64,000 bases of DNA from Macrostomum lignano (GCA_002269645.1 NIVC01000551.1:434001-498000), one strand, 5' to 3'. Counted from the first letter of the stretch, positions 37,601 through 51,900 are shown. Notes: generated by a model from the letters alone, not told the origin. Program-made: numbers and translations.

Positions 37601-40600
37601 ACTGAACGCAAAAATGAAAAACTATGGCGTCATCGCAGAATTTTTAAGGTAAATTTGACGAATTCACATCGCTTAAACAAATTCGTGCATTAAAACTTTG
37701 CAGAGCTCTCTGGCATTGACGCCAGCTCAGCTCAGTACAGCTCCAATGAGACCGCCATCTCCGTGACTTGGCAGCCACCCAGCACTTCTGGCGTCTCGTA
37801 CCAGCTCACCTGCAAGCGAGTCGGCTCAGGTGAAGTCTCGACTGCGTCTTCATCCAGTGCGTCTGGCACCTGCGGCTCCCTGCAGTCTGGACAGGAATAT
37901 GAGCTGCGGGTGGCTGTGCAGAAGTCGGGCGGCTTTGATGACGTCATCACACGTCTGTCCAACCAGCTGACCAGTGAGTGCTCAGCTGCTGTGGTGCCTC
38001 TTTTACCTGCATGTATCTTGTTCAATAATATTTTCATACCTAGTCATAATAGTTGGTGCAGTTGAATACGCGAGGGGCAGAACAGCTCTGTGGCAAATGC
38101 TTCTGACTTTCACACCAAAAGGTTCACATCGTAAAAATTTCAATTTTCTAAAATTTCATCAACTCAAAAAGCGTGACTGAGTTCACCGTGACTGCTCAGA
38201 TGCTGATCGAGTGCTCACTGCCCGTTGTTGCTTATCCGTGGTTTTGGTTTTTCCCACAAACTACCCCGGAATGTAAAGGCTTAGTACTACGTTGAGTATT
38301 TGCCATCATATGATACTTAGGAAAGAGGTAATAAGCAGCGTATGGCAGTACAAAATTGTCTCTTGAGTTCGACATAGACAAATAAAGCTTTACTGTAAGA
38401 CAGACAGCCACAATGCGTCACATATTCAGCCATAACTTTTGAGGTAAGTAGCCAAGAAAGACGAATTATGACGCTTTAAGGTGAAACCAAAGATGCAGCT
38501 TTCAGCCTTCACGGAATGGGCCATAGGGCCAAAACTGCCACCACTTTCTGTACACCCCTTGAAGAAGCGAGAATACTCACTTACTTGCGCTGTACAAGTA
38601 TATGGATTGCTGTGTGCTCAAAAGAAACTGATATTTGCAGTCAGTAGAGATTTATCAATCAGTTAGTGAAGGGGAGACAAACACTAAACAGGCACTGGGT
38701 TGCACCCCATGGCCGAACTAACAAAAAGCGAATGAATGAGAGAATTTACAGAAAAAGGGTAAGGCAAGGGATAAGAGCAGAAATATAAACCCTGAAATCA
38801 CATGTAAAAGCCCATCAAAGGCAATTCTCTTTAAAAGCATTAAATCTGCGGCAGCCACAGCATCACTTCGCCAGTCACCGACGCATTTCACCTCTTGAGC
38901 AGACAGCACAAGAATAATGGGCCCAGGTAGCGCCTCCTCTGCACAGGCTGTGCGCTGAGAACGAGCGAGCGAGCGTCCTGCCCATCAGTTGCTAGGCAGC
39001 AGAGAATCCGCTCGCCAACTGATAGCAGAACAAGGGTTGCCAAGCTTTCTGATGCGAATGTGGCTCTCTAACGCAGCCAGCGGGCAAAGCGGGTGTCCTT
39101 CTTCTAGCCTTGGAAGCAACGCTCGGAGCAGCCTCGCGAAGGACTGGTTCTTCTTGCCATTAACTGACGGAGAGCACGACAACCTCCGGGTGGCGTTGAA
39201 AGGCTGAGACGGAGATTGGCGAAGCGGACTGCTGACTGGGAAGGAGACTTGGAGCGCAGAAGCATCCCCCAAGAAGCAACCTGCGTCACAAGCCAGCAGA
39301 CTCTATCAAGGGAACTGCTCGAATTAAGTCACTTCCTCGCAGACAACAACATCGCAGGCGAGATCGGCATCTTCCGTCTTGGTCGCTGGCACATCCTCCG
39401 TTTGGCGCCGTGAACGAGCAGTGAGACTAGGGGGTGTTTTGATAGATCCTCAGCACCAAAGGCTTTTAACCAGCTGGACAGTGCACTGATGTGAGTACGC
39501 AGACTGGTAAACGATCTCAGGTGGCATTTGACCAGGTGAGTCGGGTGTCTCCGATTGAGTAGGGTTGGTCGCATTGAGACGGGTTGGTCGGATTGAGTCG
39601 GGTTGGTCGGATTGAGTCGGGTTGGTCGGATTGAGTCGGGTTGGTCGGATTGAGTCGAGTTGGTCGGATTGAGTCGGGTTGGTCGGATTGAGACGGGTTG
39701 GTCGGATTGAGTCGGGTTGGTCGGATTGAGTCGGGTTGGTCTGATTGAGTCGGGTTGGTCGGATTGAGTCGGGTTGGTCGGATTGAGTCGGGTTAGTCCT
39801 GCTCTTGTTGAGTAGCTACGCCAGGACCGGACGGCCGATGAGATCGCCCTACGTGACTGCGGAGCGTCTGTTCCAGCGAGGCCGGAGGCGGCGTTGCAGG
39901 GAGGTGCTTTGTGAAAAAAAATACGGGAGCCAAAAAGAGAAAACGCTTGATCCGAAACCTCCGGAAACAAGGCAATTTGCTGGCAGACGTGAAGCACAAA
40001 TTCCGTTCTGACTCAAAAAATTCATTGACTGAGGCGCCAGGTGGCAGGCTGCAGTCGTGAATAAGGCGGATGGAAGACGAGTCTGCCTTAGCGACCGCAC
40101 TAAGTGCACTTCCGAAGAGCGGCCGATTGCCTGCTTGGCAGCGCCATTAGCGGTGCTGCTCAAGCTCCTGGCGCACCTGGGCCTCAATAGCTTGCTGGTG
40201 AAAAGTAACAGATCTGTACAAAAGTAACTTTGTTAGAAATACAGAAGTCGTTCTTCAAACCATCGAGCACGAACCTGACTTGCTCCTCCGGCATCTCGGA
40301 CCAGCCAAACTGCAAAGACAAGACTGCTTGACAACTCTGTTGAACTCGGTCACTTGGGGTCGGGGGCGGTTCCACTGTCGTGGGGGCACAGGAGGGTAAC
40401 CCGACGATAGACTCTGAGTTCTGTTCCTCAAATCACACGCTAGATTTTTGAAAGTTGACCCGAGTCTCCATCAGCGTGGTCTCGGGCTTCGGAGTGCGGC
40501 TGTGTGCATCTGCTTCACTGATGAGCTGTTGAAGTCGAAACAGACCCGTGGCTGCGTTCGCTTTTTAGACGCTGTTGCATTTATCATTTTTGTTGGTGCC

Positions 40601-43600
40601 ATCAAATGTGTTGCCACCAGACCCAGGACTGTGCTGACAGCATTCCACCGCGTTCCGTCAAGCTGGAGAAGCCGAAACTCGTCATCATATGACATGACTT
40701 TTGTGCGATCGAAGAGTAAATCTAGCAGGTCGGAGATGATCGATCAACTCGGAAGAATCGATTCTACCATCAACAACATGCAGCATTTGAACCTGTAATT
40801 TATGGCTCCTGGAGACAAAGTCGCCAAACAACAGGGACTCAGGCTTTACCACTCCAACAACAGACTGGATTCCTTGTCTCTGGTGACGCTCACTGATAAA
40901 ATCAACCACTCTGTAAACCACCGGCGCATGAGCATGCGAAGCTTCAGCTCCTGTCTGCCCGAAAATACATTCGTTATACAAATCATGCCACTCACCGGGA
41001 GTCTGATCTCGTCAGACTCATTCTTTCGCGGCCGTCGCGCCACATTGGTGCGCTTCAGCGAGTTCTGCCTCGAGATCGAGATCCAGCAGCCGAATGCGCA
41101 GTTCAGTCTTCTGCAGCTGTTCCTCGACTCTGCCTCCCGTCGCCGCTCAACATTCAGCCGAAGCGCCCCCCGCCGGTTGCATCTCGCCCTCAGGTGAAGC
41201 CAGACTAATTAAATTTTGTGTGCCAGCATTCATTGGTGATATCTTGTCCTCTTGAGTACGACGGGATGAGCTTCTGTCCTGCTCCAACGTCTGCCACTCG
41301 AGCTCCTTGGCAATGCTACGTTTAAGGCGACTTGTCAGCTCTTTCTTATTGCCATTTGTAGGCCAGCCGCGCTCTCTAAGGGCTTCTCGAAGCGCTTTGT
41401 TTTTTGCGGGCAGTTCGAATACAAAGGTGTCTGCCATGATTCAGTAGTCAAAAAAATTAAAAATTAAACCTGAGCAAACGCTAGTAGCCACAAAGGTGGC
41501 GGTCTAAATAGACACACGGCGTGGACGACACACTCACCACCCCACAACACAACAAAAACACAACAGCCCCTGGCACTAAAGGCGGTTAGAAGTCTTCGTA
41601 TCAGATTATAACTCGAAAAAATTGGGACTTTTAAGTCAGGAGCTGCTTAACCACCTCACAACCGCAGAGCTCTTCCCGATTGACGCCAGCTTAGTGAGTT
41701 TCACCATCACAGAGACTTCCATCTCCCTGACTTGGGTGGCGTCCATCACTGAAGGAGTTCTGTACCGGATGACCTGCAGGCGAGTCAGCACAGGGAATTC
41801 AACATCTCTGCCTCCATCAAAGTATCTGAGTGCCACCGTCAGCGGTCTGCAGTCAGGAGAGGCCTATAACCTGAGTGTGGCTGTGAGTAAGCAGGGCGGC
41901 TTCCATGAAGTTGTCACCTGGCTGCCAATCCAGCTGACCAGTGAGTTGGAGCTCAGTAAATGATTGCAGCTGCTCTCATTAGGCACAACTCGCTTCTATT
42001 GGGTCCGTTTCATTGCAGAGCTGTTCGGCATTGACGCCAGCTCAGCTCAATACAGCTCCAATGAGACCGCCATCTCTGTGACTTGGCAGCCATCCAGAAC
42101 TTCTGGCGTCTCGTACCAGCTCACCTGCAAGCGAGTCGGCTCAGGAGAAGTCTCGATTACGTCTTCATCGACTCCGTCTGGCACCTGCAGCTCCCTGCAG
42201 TCTGGACAGGCCTATGAACTGCGGGTGGCTGTGCAGAAGTCGGGCGGCTTTGATGACGTCATCACGCCTCTGTCTAACCAGCTGACCAGTGAGTTGGAGC
42301 TCAGTAAATCATTGCAGCTGCTCTGATGAGGCACAGCTCGCTTCTATTGGGTCCGTTTCATTGCAGAGCTGTTCGGCATTGACGCCAGCTCAGCTCAATA
42401 CAGCTCCAATGAGACCGCCATCTCTGTGACTTGGCAGCCATCCAGCACTTCTGGCGTCTCGTACCAGCTCACCTGCAAGCGAGTCGGCTCAGGAGAAGTC
42501 TCGATTACGTCTTCATTGACTCCGTCTGCCACCTGCGGCTCCCTGCAGTCTGGACAGGAATATGAGCTGCGGGTGGCTGTGCAGAAGGCGGGCGGCTTTG
42601 ATGACGTCATCACAGCTCTGTCCAACCAGCTGACCAGTGAGAATTGCGTTTGTACTGACTTTTGTTACAGCCTGTTTTCAAATCAACTCTGAATGTGCTG
42701 GTACTTTCACGGAATTCAGAGGACAGCGTTGCACCTGCGGTGTCCGGCCTGACGATTCTGCTAATCCCTGGCGGTCCCGTCCGCCTCAGCTGGAAGCCGC
42801 TCAGCCCCGAGCTCGGCCGGGGCGTCGTGTTCGAGTTCGAGCTGCGACTGGACGGTCCGGGCGGCTGCGCGGCGGCCCGGCGGCTGAACTGCTCCGACTG
42901 CGGCCGCCACCGCCTCCAGCTGCAGTCTGAGGAGGCCCGGCAGCGGCTCGAGGCCCTGACGGCCGACTGCTCAGCGCCGGTGCTCGTGCGAGCCTTCGAG
43001 TTCGGCGACGCCTCGCTGTCCGCGGAGGTCGCCGTCAGCTCCGAGGGCGCCTCCCCGCGCTCGCTGCTGCCCTGGACCGAGTACGGCGCCTCGCTGTGGC
43101 CGGTGAACCTCGCGGGGCCCGGCGCCGTCGCCTCCGCCTCCTTCCGCAGCCCGGAGACTCGCAGCGGCGCCGTCGGCGGCCTGCGGGCGACGCCCTCGGA
43201 GGCGGAGGCGCTGGTGGAGTTCGAGGAGCCTCGGCTGCCAAACGGCCTGCTGCAGGCGTTCGCTGTGCATGTGAGAATCACGAGTACTTTGATTGAGGCT
43301 ACTGAATGGTTCATTTCGCACGAGGCATTTCATGACATTCCGCAGGTGTTCAATGTGGCTTCTAATGTCTGCTCGCAGCTGCTGGTGCTGAACTCCACCA
43401 ACGCCGGCTGCCAGTTGCCCTCCTGCACAACGGGAGGCTTTCTGGACCTGCTGTCCAGGACGTGCGCCAGCACCCAGTACGTCAACAACAGCGGTAACGG
43501 CTCAGACGCGTACGCCGTCAGAGTGCGGCAGCTGCAGCCGGGCACCGAGTACTCGGTGAGGGTGACGCCGGTCAGCCAGACTTTAGCTGGGGACTCAGCT

Positions 43601-44197
43601 GAGCTCAACTTTGTCACTGCTGGTGGAGACGGTGGCGGTGGCGCAGCGACCATCGTGGTGGCAGTCGCGGTGCCGCTGGTGGTCATTCTGGCTATCGTTG
43701 CGGCTTCGCTGATCTTCCTTCGGATTCGTCGGCAAAACAGGTGCGACTCAAATTTTGTGCTCAAAGCAGCTGAGCTGGGAAGGTGCAGAGAAACTGAGAG
43801 TCCCGGTTTCGATTCCGTTAATTTGTGTGCACGTACCTGATGGTGAGGTGGTCAGGACCGATGTGCACTCTGTGTGAGCCTGTGTTATGCTGCAAAGTTT
43901 CATTGGCTGAATGATGTCCCCAAACTACAAACTGAGCACCTGGTCTGAGAGCCATTGGTTAGTGCTGGTGGCTCGAACTCAAACCGAATTTTACAGAGTG
44001 CTCAACTTAATTTAACAGCAGGTGCTGTCATTTCATTGAACCCTTCCAGATCTCCACAGAAAGCTGCCAAGCCAGCTTCTGACAGCCCTGCAGGCAGCGG
44101 AGTCAGCGGTGCACCAAACGATTACGCCACTGTGGTTGGAGGCTCCGCTCAGTCAGCTGAATATGTGGAGATCCCTGCTGTGAATGGCCGGCGTTAG
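34648..44197 (+). CDS. Gene 3: FN3-repeat receptor (about 9 FN3), mosaic of genes 1 and 2. Exons 34648-35053, 35310-35549, 35783-36052, 37704-37973, 41668-41940, 42019-42288, 42367-42636, 42720-43270, 43346-43740, 44050-44197
   Basis: Same architecture, and all exons are open and phase-compatible. The 3' exons appear identical to gene 2 at offset 11282. Confidence 0.85.
36425..37500. mobile_element. Second copy of the about 1-kb intronic insertion; boundaries approximate
   Basis: Near-identical to 15710-16790. Confidence 0.45.
38667..41589 (-). mobile_element. Degenerate tyrosine-recombinase element, copy 3, 2923 bp
   Basis: Near-identical to copy 1 and the same length, but the last tens of bp match copy 2. 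Confidence 0.8.
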
Positions 44198-44531
44198 AGA
44201 CTTGAGGTTACATTGCTCAGTGAAACTGAGTGAACCTCAATATTTGAGTCTGTTTGCACAAAATATAATAATATGTGTTACACCCACATTGCAGACTAAT
44301 CATTGCATTGATTGACTATTCTAACGAAAACTGAATTTCCAAATCTCTGCTCTGCTGTGATGTCACAATACTACTAATGGGTAGCAATCGATAGCCTGTT
44401 ATGTCAGGTTGATTTCTCTCTGATTGTCAAACCCTGCATTGATGACTGCTTTTTCAGAATTATATGAAATATATTTTAAATCTATCATGTACGATACACA
44501 CTTATTGGTACATTCAGACTAAATAAAAAAG

Positions 44532-45165
44532 AACATTCAGATGGCATAATGAGTGACATTCAGATTGCATAGGGAATGACATTCAGATTACATAAGGAAT
44601 GACATTCAGATTGCATAGGGAATGACATTCAGATTGCATAGGGAATGACATTCAGATTGCATAGGGAATGACATTCAGATTGTATAGGGAATGACATTCA
44701 GATTGCATAGGGAATGACATTCAGATAGCATAATGAGTGACATTTAGATTGCATAGGGAATGACATTCAGATTGCATAGGGAATTACATTCAAATTGTAT
44801 AGGGAATGACATTCAGATTGTATAGGGAATGACATTCAGATTGCATAGGGAATGACATTCAGATTGCATAGGGAATGACATTCAGATTGCATAGGGAATG
44901 ACATTCAGATTGCATAGGGAATGACATTCAGATTGCATAGGGAATGACATTCAGATTGCATAGGGAATGACATTCAGATTGCATAGGGAATGACATTCAG
45001 ATTGCATAGGGAATGACATTCGGATTGCATAGGGAATGACATTCAGATTGCATAGGGAATGACATTCAGATTGCATAGGGAATGACATTTAGATTGCATA
45101 GGGAATGACATTCGGATTGCGTAGGGAATGACATTCAGATTGCATAGGAAATGACATTCAGACTG
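44532..45165. repeat. 23-bp minisatellite, apparent duplicate of 33250-33885
   Basis: The same variant units occur in the same order. Confidence 0.95.
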
Positions 45166-45672
45166 TTGATATTGATATCAAAATGAAAACTGTATTTTGA
45201 AGAGAGTCTTGAGCAATATGACTCACTGATAGCACAGAAAACCTGTGGATAAGCCAGGTGTTTCCGTGATGCAAAACCGGAGGGCTACTGCTCAAAACTG
45301 CAAAAGGACACTCCAACTGACAGTCAGCCATGCATGTGGCTTCTCTGCACTACTTTGAGCTGCTCAATATCAGCTGGTGAAACTGCAGATAAGAACAGAT
45401 GCGTCTGTACTGCGCATGGCTGGGCGAAGCCACTGATAAACAAGTCTTTCTGAAGAAAAAAATATTCGTGACTGTCCGCAACATGGAGACTCAGCTAATG
45501 GCTCTGTTTATAGCTGAGCTCAGGCTGACTTGGCGAGCGTTGTCAGACTCAAAATGTCAGCTGCAGCTGAGGCCGTTGACCGTTGAGGCGGTTGCTCAAA
45601 GTGACCTCGTGAGGAAAATCCTGACTAACCATGCTTTTGAGTACTTTATTGACGGATCCATAAGTTGATATT

Positions 45673-45755
45673 TTCCAGGTAGCTCTGCACTGCGGCAGAT
45701 AAGAGCAGGTGCGCACAAGCTCTACTTATCATGGCAGACGCAAAACAGGCGATAG
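45673..45755 (+). promoter_or_regulatory. Conserved upstream module of gene 4
   Basis: Matches 34391-34473 at offset 11282. Confidence 0.5.
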
Positions 45756-45929
45756 CAACTTTTTGCAATAACTTTGCTTTTTTCAGTTTAAGGCCTGAGC
45801 TTGGCTCAGTGTGCGAGTTTTTTTAGAGCGAAAGTCCGCAATAAATTTGACTGCAAAAGCCACCTCTGGGACTTTTATCGGATCAGCACAAACACAATTT
45901 TCGTCACACAGGTTTCTCAAACTCGCAAA

Positions 45930-48900
45930 ATGCACTGCGTGTCTGCTGGAGCCCGACGTCTCTTCCGCTGCAGTTGCTGCTGCTGGCTGCTTCTGGTTGC
46001 TGCTGCAGCTGCTCTGCTGCTGTGCGATGAGGCGGCTGCTCAAGGCACGTCGTGTGGAAAACTGGTGCCGGGTCAGGTGGATCCTGTGACAGTGGCTGCT
46101 GTTCGCTCTTCCACAAATTCATCAATAACAGTTGATTGGCTGGCACCAGACCGTGGCATCACAGGGTACTTTTACATAGTAAACTGCCCCAGCTGTCCCA
46201 GTCGGCAGCAAAACACTACACATGAGACATTCACGTTTCGAGGTCTCACAGCGGCTATTGAGTACAACTTCTCCATTCAGGCAGGACTTCACAACTGCAG
46301 CCTCAGCCCTGCGTTCCATCTTTCTGGAAAGACAGGTGAGAATGAAGCTGAAAATTCAGTACAGAATGCACCTCAGGTGCGACGCTGGCTGCCACACTTT
46401 GGCCATCTGAGTTTCTCCTGGATTTTTACGACTGTAAATATACGCTCGTGAGATCATAGCATTTCTCACTCTAACAAATCAATTTGATTATTCTGGGTTT
46501 TGTCAGCATTCCAATTTTTATTTAATACTAATTTAATGCTGCCAAAAATACAGAACCAGATCGCGAAACTTCTCAACAGCAGTTAAGCAAAATTCCCAAC
46601 ACAATTGCAGCACTCAGCGGAATCGCAGGACCAGTGCACATCTCGGATGTGACGGAGACGAGCTTCAGAGCCCGGTGGGCGGCCTCTCCCGATGTTGGAG
46701 TCGAGTATGAAGTCAGCTGCGCTGGCAGAGTGCCAGACACAACCGCTGTGTGCACAGGCCAGCCATCCGGAGCCTCTGTCACAGTCACTGTGAGACCCGT
46801 CAAAACTGGGTTTCCGACTGGGTTTTACATTTACGGCACAGCTTTGACCAGTGAGCTGCATTATCAAACTGAAAATATTTTGAATGTACTTCGATAAAGA
46901 GATTGTCAAATAGATCGAAGTACATTAATTGCTGATTCCAAACAATAACAAGGCGGATCAAACTAATTTATAAAAAGCCGATATCAAGATTCTGTCGCAT
47001 TACTGTTTGTGCCATAAACTTTACTCGTAGTTGTGAATACTTATGCACTATATAACAGCTGCATGTATCTATTGAAATTGAAATCGCTGTTCTGGATATT
47101 GCTCGGATAAGCCATTCACACCAAAAAATAAAATAAAGACAGACTTGCTCAGTGAACAGGCAGACAGGTACGGTAATAGTCACGAGCTGTCCTGAAAATT
47201 TCCAATAAATTGCTGCTCAATAAATGTAAAATCTTGAAGCTGCTGCTGTGTAAGTCTGTAAGTGGCAGGATTAAGCGTACTCCTAATACCTGTATGACTG
47301 CTTTTAGATGGAAAATTATTTATGAATAAATTAAGTTTAGCCGCCATCCGTAGGAACCAAAATCATCAGAGATGCTCATCAATTGCAGAGCTGTTCGGCA
47401 TTGACGCCAGCTCAGCTCAGTACAGCTCCAATGAGACCGCCATCTCTGTGACTTGGCAGCCATCCAGCACTTCTGGCGTCTCGTACCAGCTCACCTGCAA
47501 GCGAGTCGGCTCAGGTGAAGTCTCGACCGCGTCTTCATCCACTCCGTCAGCCACCTGCGGCTCCCTGCAGTCTGGACAGGCCTATGAGCTGCGGGTGGCT
47601 GTGCAGAAGTCGGGCGGCTTTGATGACGTCATCACGCGTCTGTCCAACCAGCTGACCAGTGAGTTCCTTCAGATGCTTTGCTTTGGAAATCTTTGCAAGC
47701 AAAGTAGCGGTGGCAACAGTGGGTCGCGTTTGCATTGCCATCAAATTACATCACAAAGCACAATAAAAGTCACATGGATAGATTTAGCAATAGTGATTGA
47801 GTTCTTTGGCTTCTGCAATGAGGATTTTACATCTATATTTCTATACGTGCGTATGCACGATTATTTGTATTGAATTTGAGGTTTTTGAGCTGCTAAACTT
47901 CCTCTGATATTTTGCTTTGCTGAGGCTGTAGAGAAACATTACTTAATAAGTTGTTATATAGCTTTGCTTGGTGTTATTATTTATTGAAATGAATGACTGG
48001 GTATACAAGTTAAATACGCATCAGGTAATTCACGCTTTAAACATTGCCTATACTTCCATCGGAAACAGGATTATCGGCCAATATGCTATAATTAGAGACA
48101 GTTCTGTAATGACCGCTGTTTTACTGGTAAACACAGAATAACAACAGTAGGTCTCTCAGTAAAACAGTTTTCGAAACTACTTTCAGTAGTTAAACTCTTT
48201 AGTAAACTGAACTTAAGAAGAAAAAACTATTGCATCACCTCTCAAGCTTTTTAGGTACATTCGTCTATTTCACAGCGTTTAAACAAACTCGTGCATTGAA
48301 ATTTGCAGAGCTGTTCGGCATTGACGCCAGCTCAGCTCAGTACAGCTCCAATGAGACCGCCATCTCTGTGACTTGGCAGCCATCCAGCACTTCTGGCGTC
48401 TCGTACCAGCTCACCTGCAAGCGAGTCGGCTCAGGTGAAGTCTCGACTGCGTCTTCAGCCACTCCGTCTGCCACCTGCGGCTCCCTGCAGTCTGGACAGG
48501 AATATGAGCTGCGGGTGGCTGTGCAGAAGGCGAGTTTTGATGACGTCATCACGCGTCTGTCTGACCAGCTGACCAGTGAGTGCTCAGCTGCTTCGGTGCC
48601 AGTATTTTACTTTATTTTAGTTGGTTTACGTCACACAGATTGGCCATCTACTTGTTTGACAAAAAGACCGTGCTCACCGGAACTGTTCGAAAGGATCGTG
48701 GAATCCCGAAAGAATTGCAAGAAAAATTAGTGGCTGCTCCGGGTCAGGGCTTCGATCGTGAGGTGCGATCAGACCTTTAACATTTGAGAGTGAAAATATA
48801 TAACGGAAATGCATACTGGACTTCTTTAAATCAATCATGACCTGCACAGCAGGCCATACTGGGCACTTGCTTTAGTGATTGGGAGATGGTTTTTGATGCC

Positions 48901-51900
48901 ATAGACATTTTTCAATCTCTGGGTTTTTGGACCGTTTCGGTATGGCCTGCGGTGCAGGACTTTGGTTTCCAAATGTTTAAGGTCCAGACCAGCGTTGTGG
49001 CAAACGCTGGAATGTCATCATATATAGAAATGTGTTACTGAGTTTCCTTCTTCATATTTTATACAGTCCATCAGCATTAACCTTTACAACAGCCCCCTTT
49101 CTAACCTTCATAATCGCGCCATTCGTTTTAATCCCCAAGTACATCCATTCAGAACATACAGTGTTGCTTCTTGCTGCTCCAACTAACGGGGACACTTGGA
49201 TAATTTGAAAATATGTTCACTCATGAGCGTCTGACATTCTGACCAAAGGCCAATTAGGTAGATTAATTTTGTTCAGTGACTTAAAAAAGAAAACGAATCC
49301 AAACTAAAATGTTCGTTCCAATGTTGTTCAATCGGGTCAGAGCTGTAACGCGACAGAACTTCCATTGCTGCTGACACAATTCTTGTCGGGTGGCGTGGCT
49401 TGTGGTGCGTTATTTAGACTTCCTACTGCTGCCTGATGCATGGTTTTATCTACTCTAATATCGCAGTCTTGAGAAGTGTGAAGCTTTGGTTTGCAGTTCT
49501 CCGTGTTGAATTTTGCAAGAGCAGAGTTCAAGTATCTTAGCTCAATGAGCAATTTATGCCATCCATCCAGGTTGCTTGTACTCCAGAGGAAGTAATACAC
49601 AGTTCTGAATTCGCTTGCATTAGACCAAGGGTGAGAAGCTGTTCACGAAGAGCTCATAATCTACTCCGTACTCTTGAGAGCACCCCTTCACTACTAATCT
49701 CACCTTGAATCTGTCAACTGGGCCATCTGACTTGTACTTCACTCGAAACACCCATCTGCAGCCAATAGTTTGTCGTCTTTTTGGTAGCCGAACTAACTTT
49801 CTGACACTTCCTTTAGAGTCTTGGGTTCTTCAATCTGTGTTGCATTAGGTGCTAAGTTTCTGTCGACGGGTTTCTTCTCCCGAGTCGACATCCGGACTTC
49901 CTGGTTGTCACTGGTACGAGCGTACGAGAGCCGCATTTCGATTCAGTCACCATTGGTTCTGTATCCGTCTGTAACCGAGGTGTGTCCTGATGATCTGATT
50001 CTTGCTTCTTAAAACACGACTCTTGAAACGTTACCTCTTGGCTGAGAGCGTTTTGTAGTATAGACATCGATTAGTTTCCGAGTATCCTATAAATCCTACT
50101 TCTCGGACTTTTAAGTCAAATTTGTGACGGTTTTTGACTAGAAAGTGAGCGTAGGCCACGCATCCGAATACTCGCAAATGTTGCACGTTTGGCTTATTGC
50201 CAGCCAGAAGGTACGGAAGGCATAGGTACAGAAGGCTTTGAACTCACCTGATACAGACTCTCCACCAGTATCAGTTCGAATAACTTAAATGAATTTAATT
50301 GATTGCTTTGTGGCTTGTGCTTGTGAATTCTTAAATCTGTCCAAACAAATCTAACTTGCCTTTTTTGCAGAAAGTTAGACTCAGCAGTAGTACGAGCTGT
50401 CATCAATGAATGTTTGCATTGGGCCGCACAAATCGCTGTAAATCTGGGCCAACAGTTTGCTGGACCTTGAACTCTCCCCCTTCTTAATTGGTGTTCTGTC
50501 CATTTTGCCTTCCACGCATGCCTTACAAAATGAAATGCCGTCAGTCTGCACGCTGATATTTTCCAGTGCGATTACTTTGACTATATTTTCTTGAATTAGT
50601 GAGTTTGTTGTTGTTGTTGTTGTTAAACGGGGGTGGGAAGCTGGGCTTACTCGCGGATCAGCCCTAAAGGGGGCTCTGCCGCTAGTGGGGCACTTTCCAA
50701 GGGCACGGGGAATTCCGTGTACCCGAGTTACCCTCCTCGGAAGTCCCAGGACCAATTTAGTTGGGCCCTGACTTAGGCCAGGGGAGGCGAGGGACTTCAA
50801 ACCTACGGTACAAGACAATTAGTGATTTTAGAGCTTGCTCTCCACTAGCAGTTGCTGCTCCATTAGCTACGGTGAATTATTCGATTTTTAAAGTATTCCA
50901 ATTTTCATGACGTCTCCAGCAACATTTCCACTTTTGTCTACAATTTTTATACAGTTTTGAAAACTGCACATTAAAGCCTTTTCTTGTAGCTGCTGATACT
51001 GAGAACAGGTTTTGATTTAACTAGCTAACGTTATATCACACCACACGACATGAAATAATTTATCGATGCAAAATGCTCACTGATTCTGAGAAACACTTAT
51101 CTTTCTACTTGCTAAAAAACAAACATTTGCAGTCATTAGATATTTATCAGGCAGGCATGTCCGGTGTCAAATGATAAGACAAAAATTAGGATTCCCACCC
51201 GCCTCGCAACCGCAGAGCTCTTCCCGATCGACGCCAGCTCAGTAAGTTTCACCATCAGAGAGACTTCCATCTCCCTGACTTGGGCGGCGTCCATCACTGA
51301 AGGAGTTCTGTACCGGGTGACTTGCAAGCAAGTCAGCACAGGGAATTCAATATCTACGCCTCCATCAGAGTATCTGAGTGTCACCTTCGCCCGTCTGCAG
51401 TCAGGAGAGGCCTACAACCTGAGTGTGGCTGTGACTAAGCAGGGCGGCTTCGATGAAGTTGTCACCTGGCTGCCAATCCAGCTGACCAGTGAGTTGGAGC
51501 TCAGCAAATGATTGCAGCTGCTCTGATGAGGCACAGCTCGCTTCTATTGGGTCCGTTTCATTGCAGAGCTGTTCGGCATTGACCCCAGCTCAGCTCAGTA
51601 CAGCTCCAATGAGACCTGTACGTTGTACGTTGAAGCTTAAAGTGCAACTTGATGAGAAATCTTTTATCAGTTCGCTCATCCTATGCTTTACTTCAGCTCA
51701 CCTTATTTCCCAATTTGTTTTGAATTTCTTGGAACCCGGTAGTTAAAGTTTGAAACCCGGATTACGAGCCGCGAGCGGTCGCATTAATTTGGGCATTTTG
51801 GGTGACAAGGGGCACGCCTACATTTTTATGACAAGCACCACTTGAAGTTGCCATTGCAGTGGGACTTAACAGTCGTTTTGCATAGATGATTCAGTATTTG

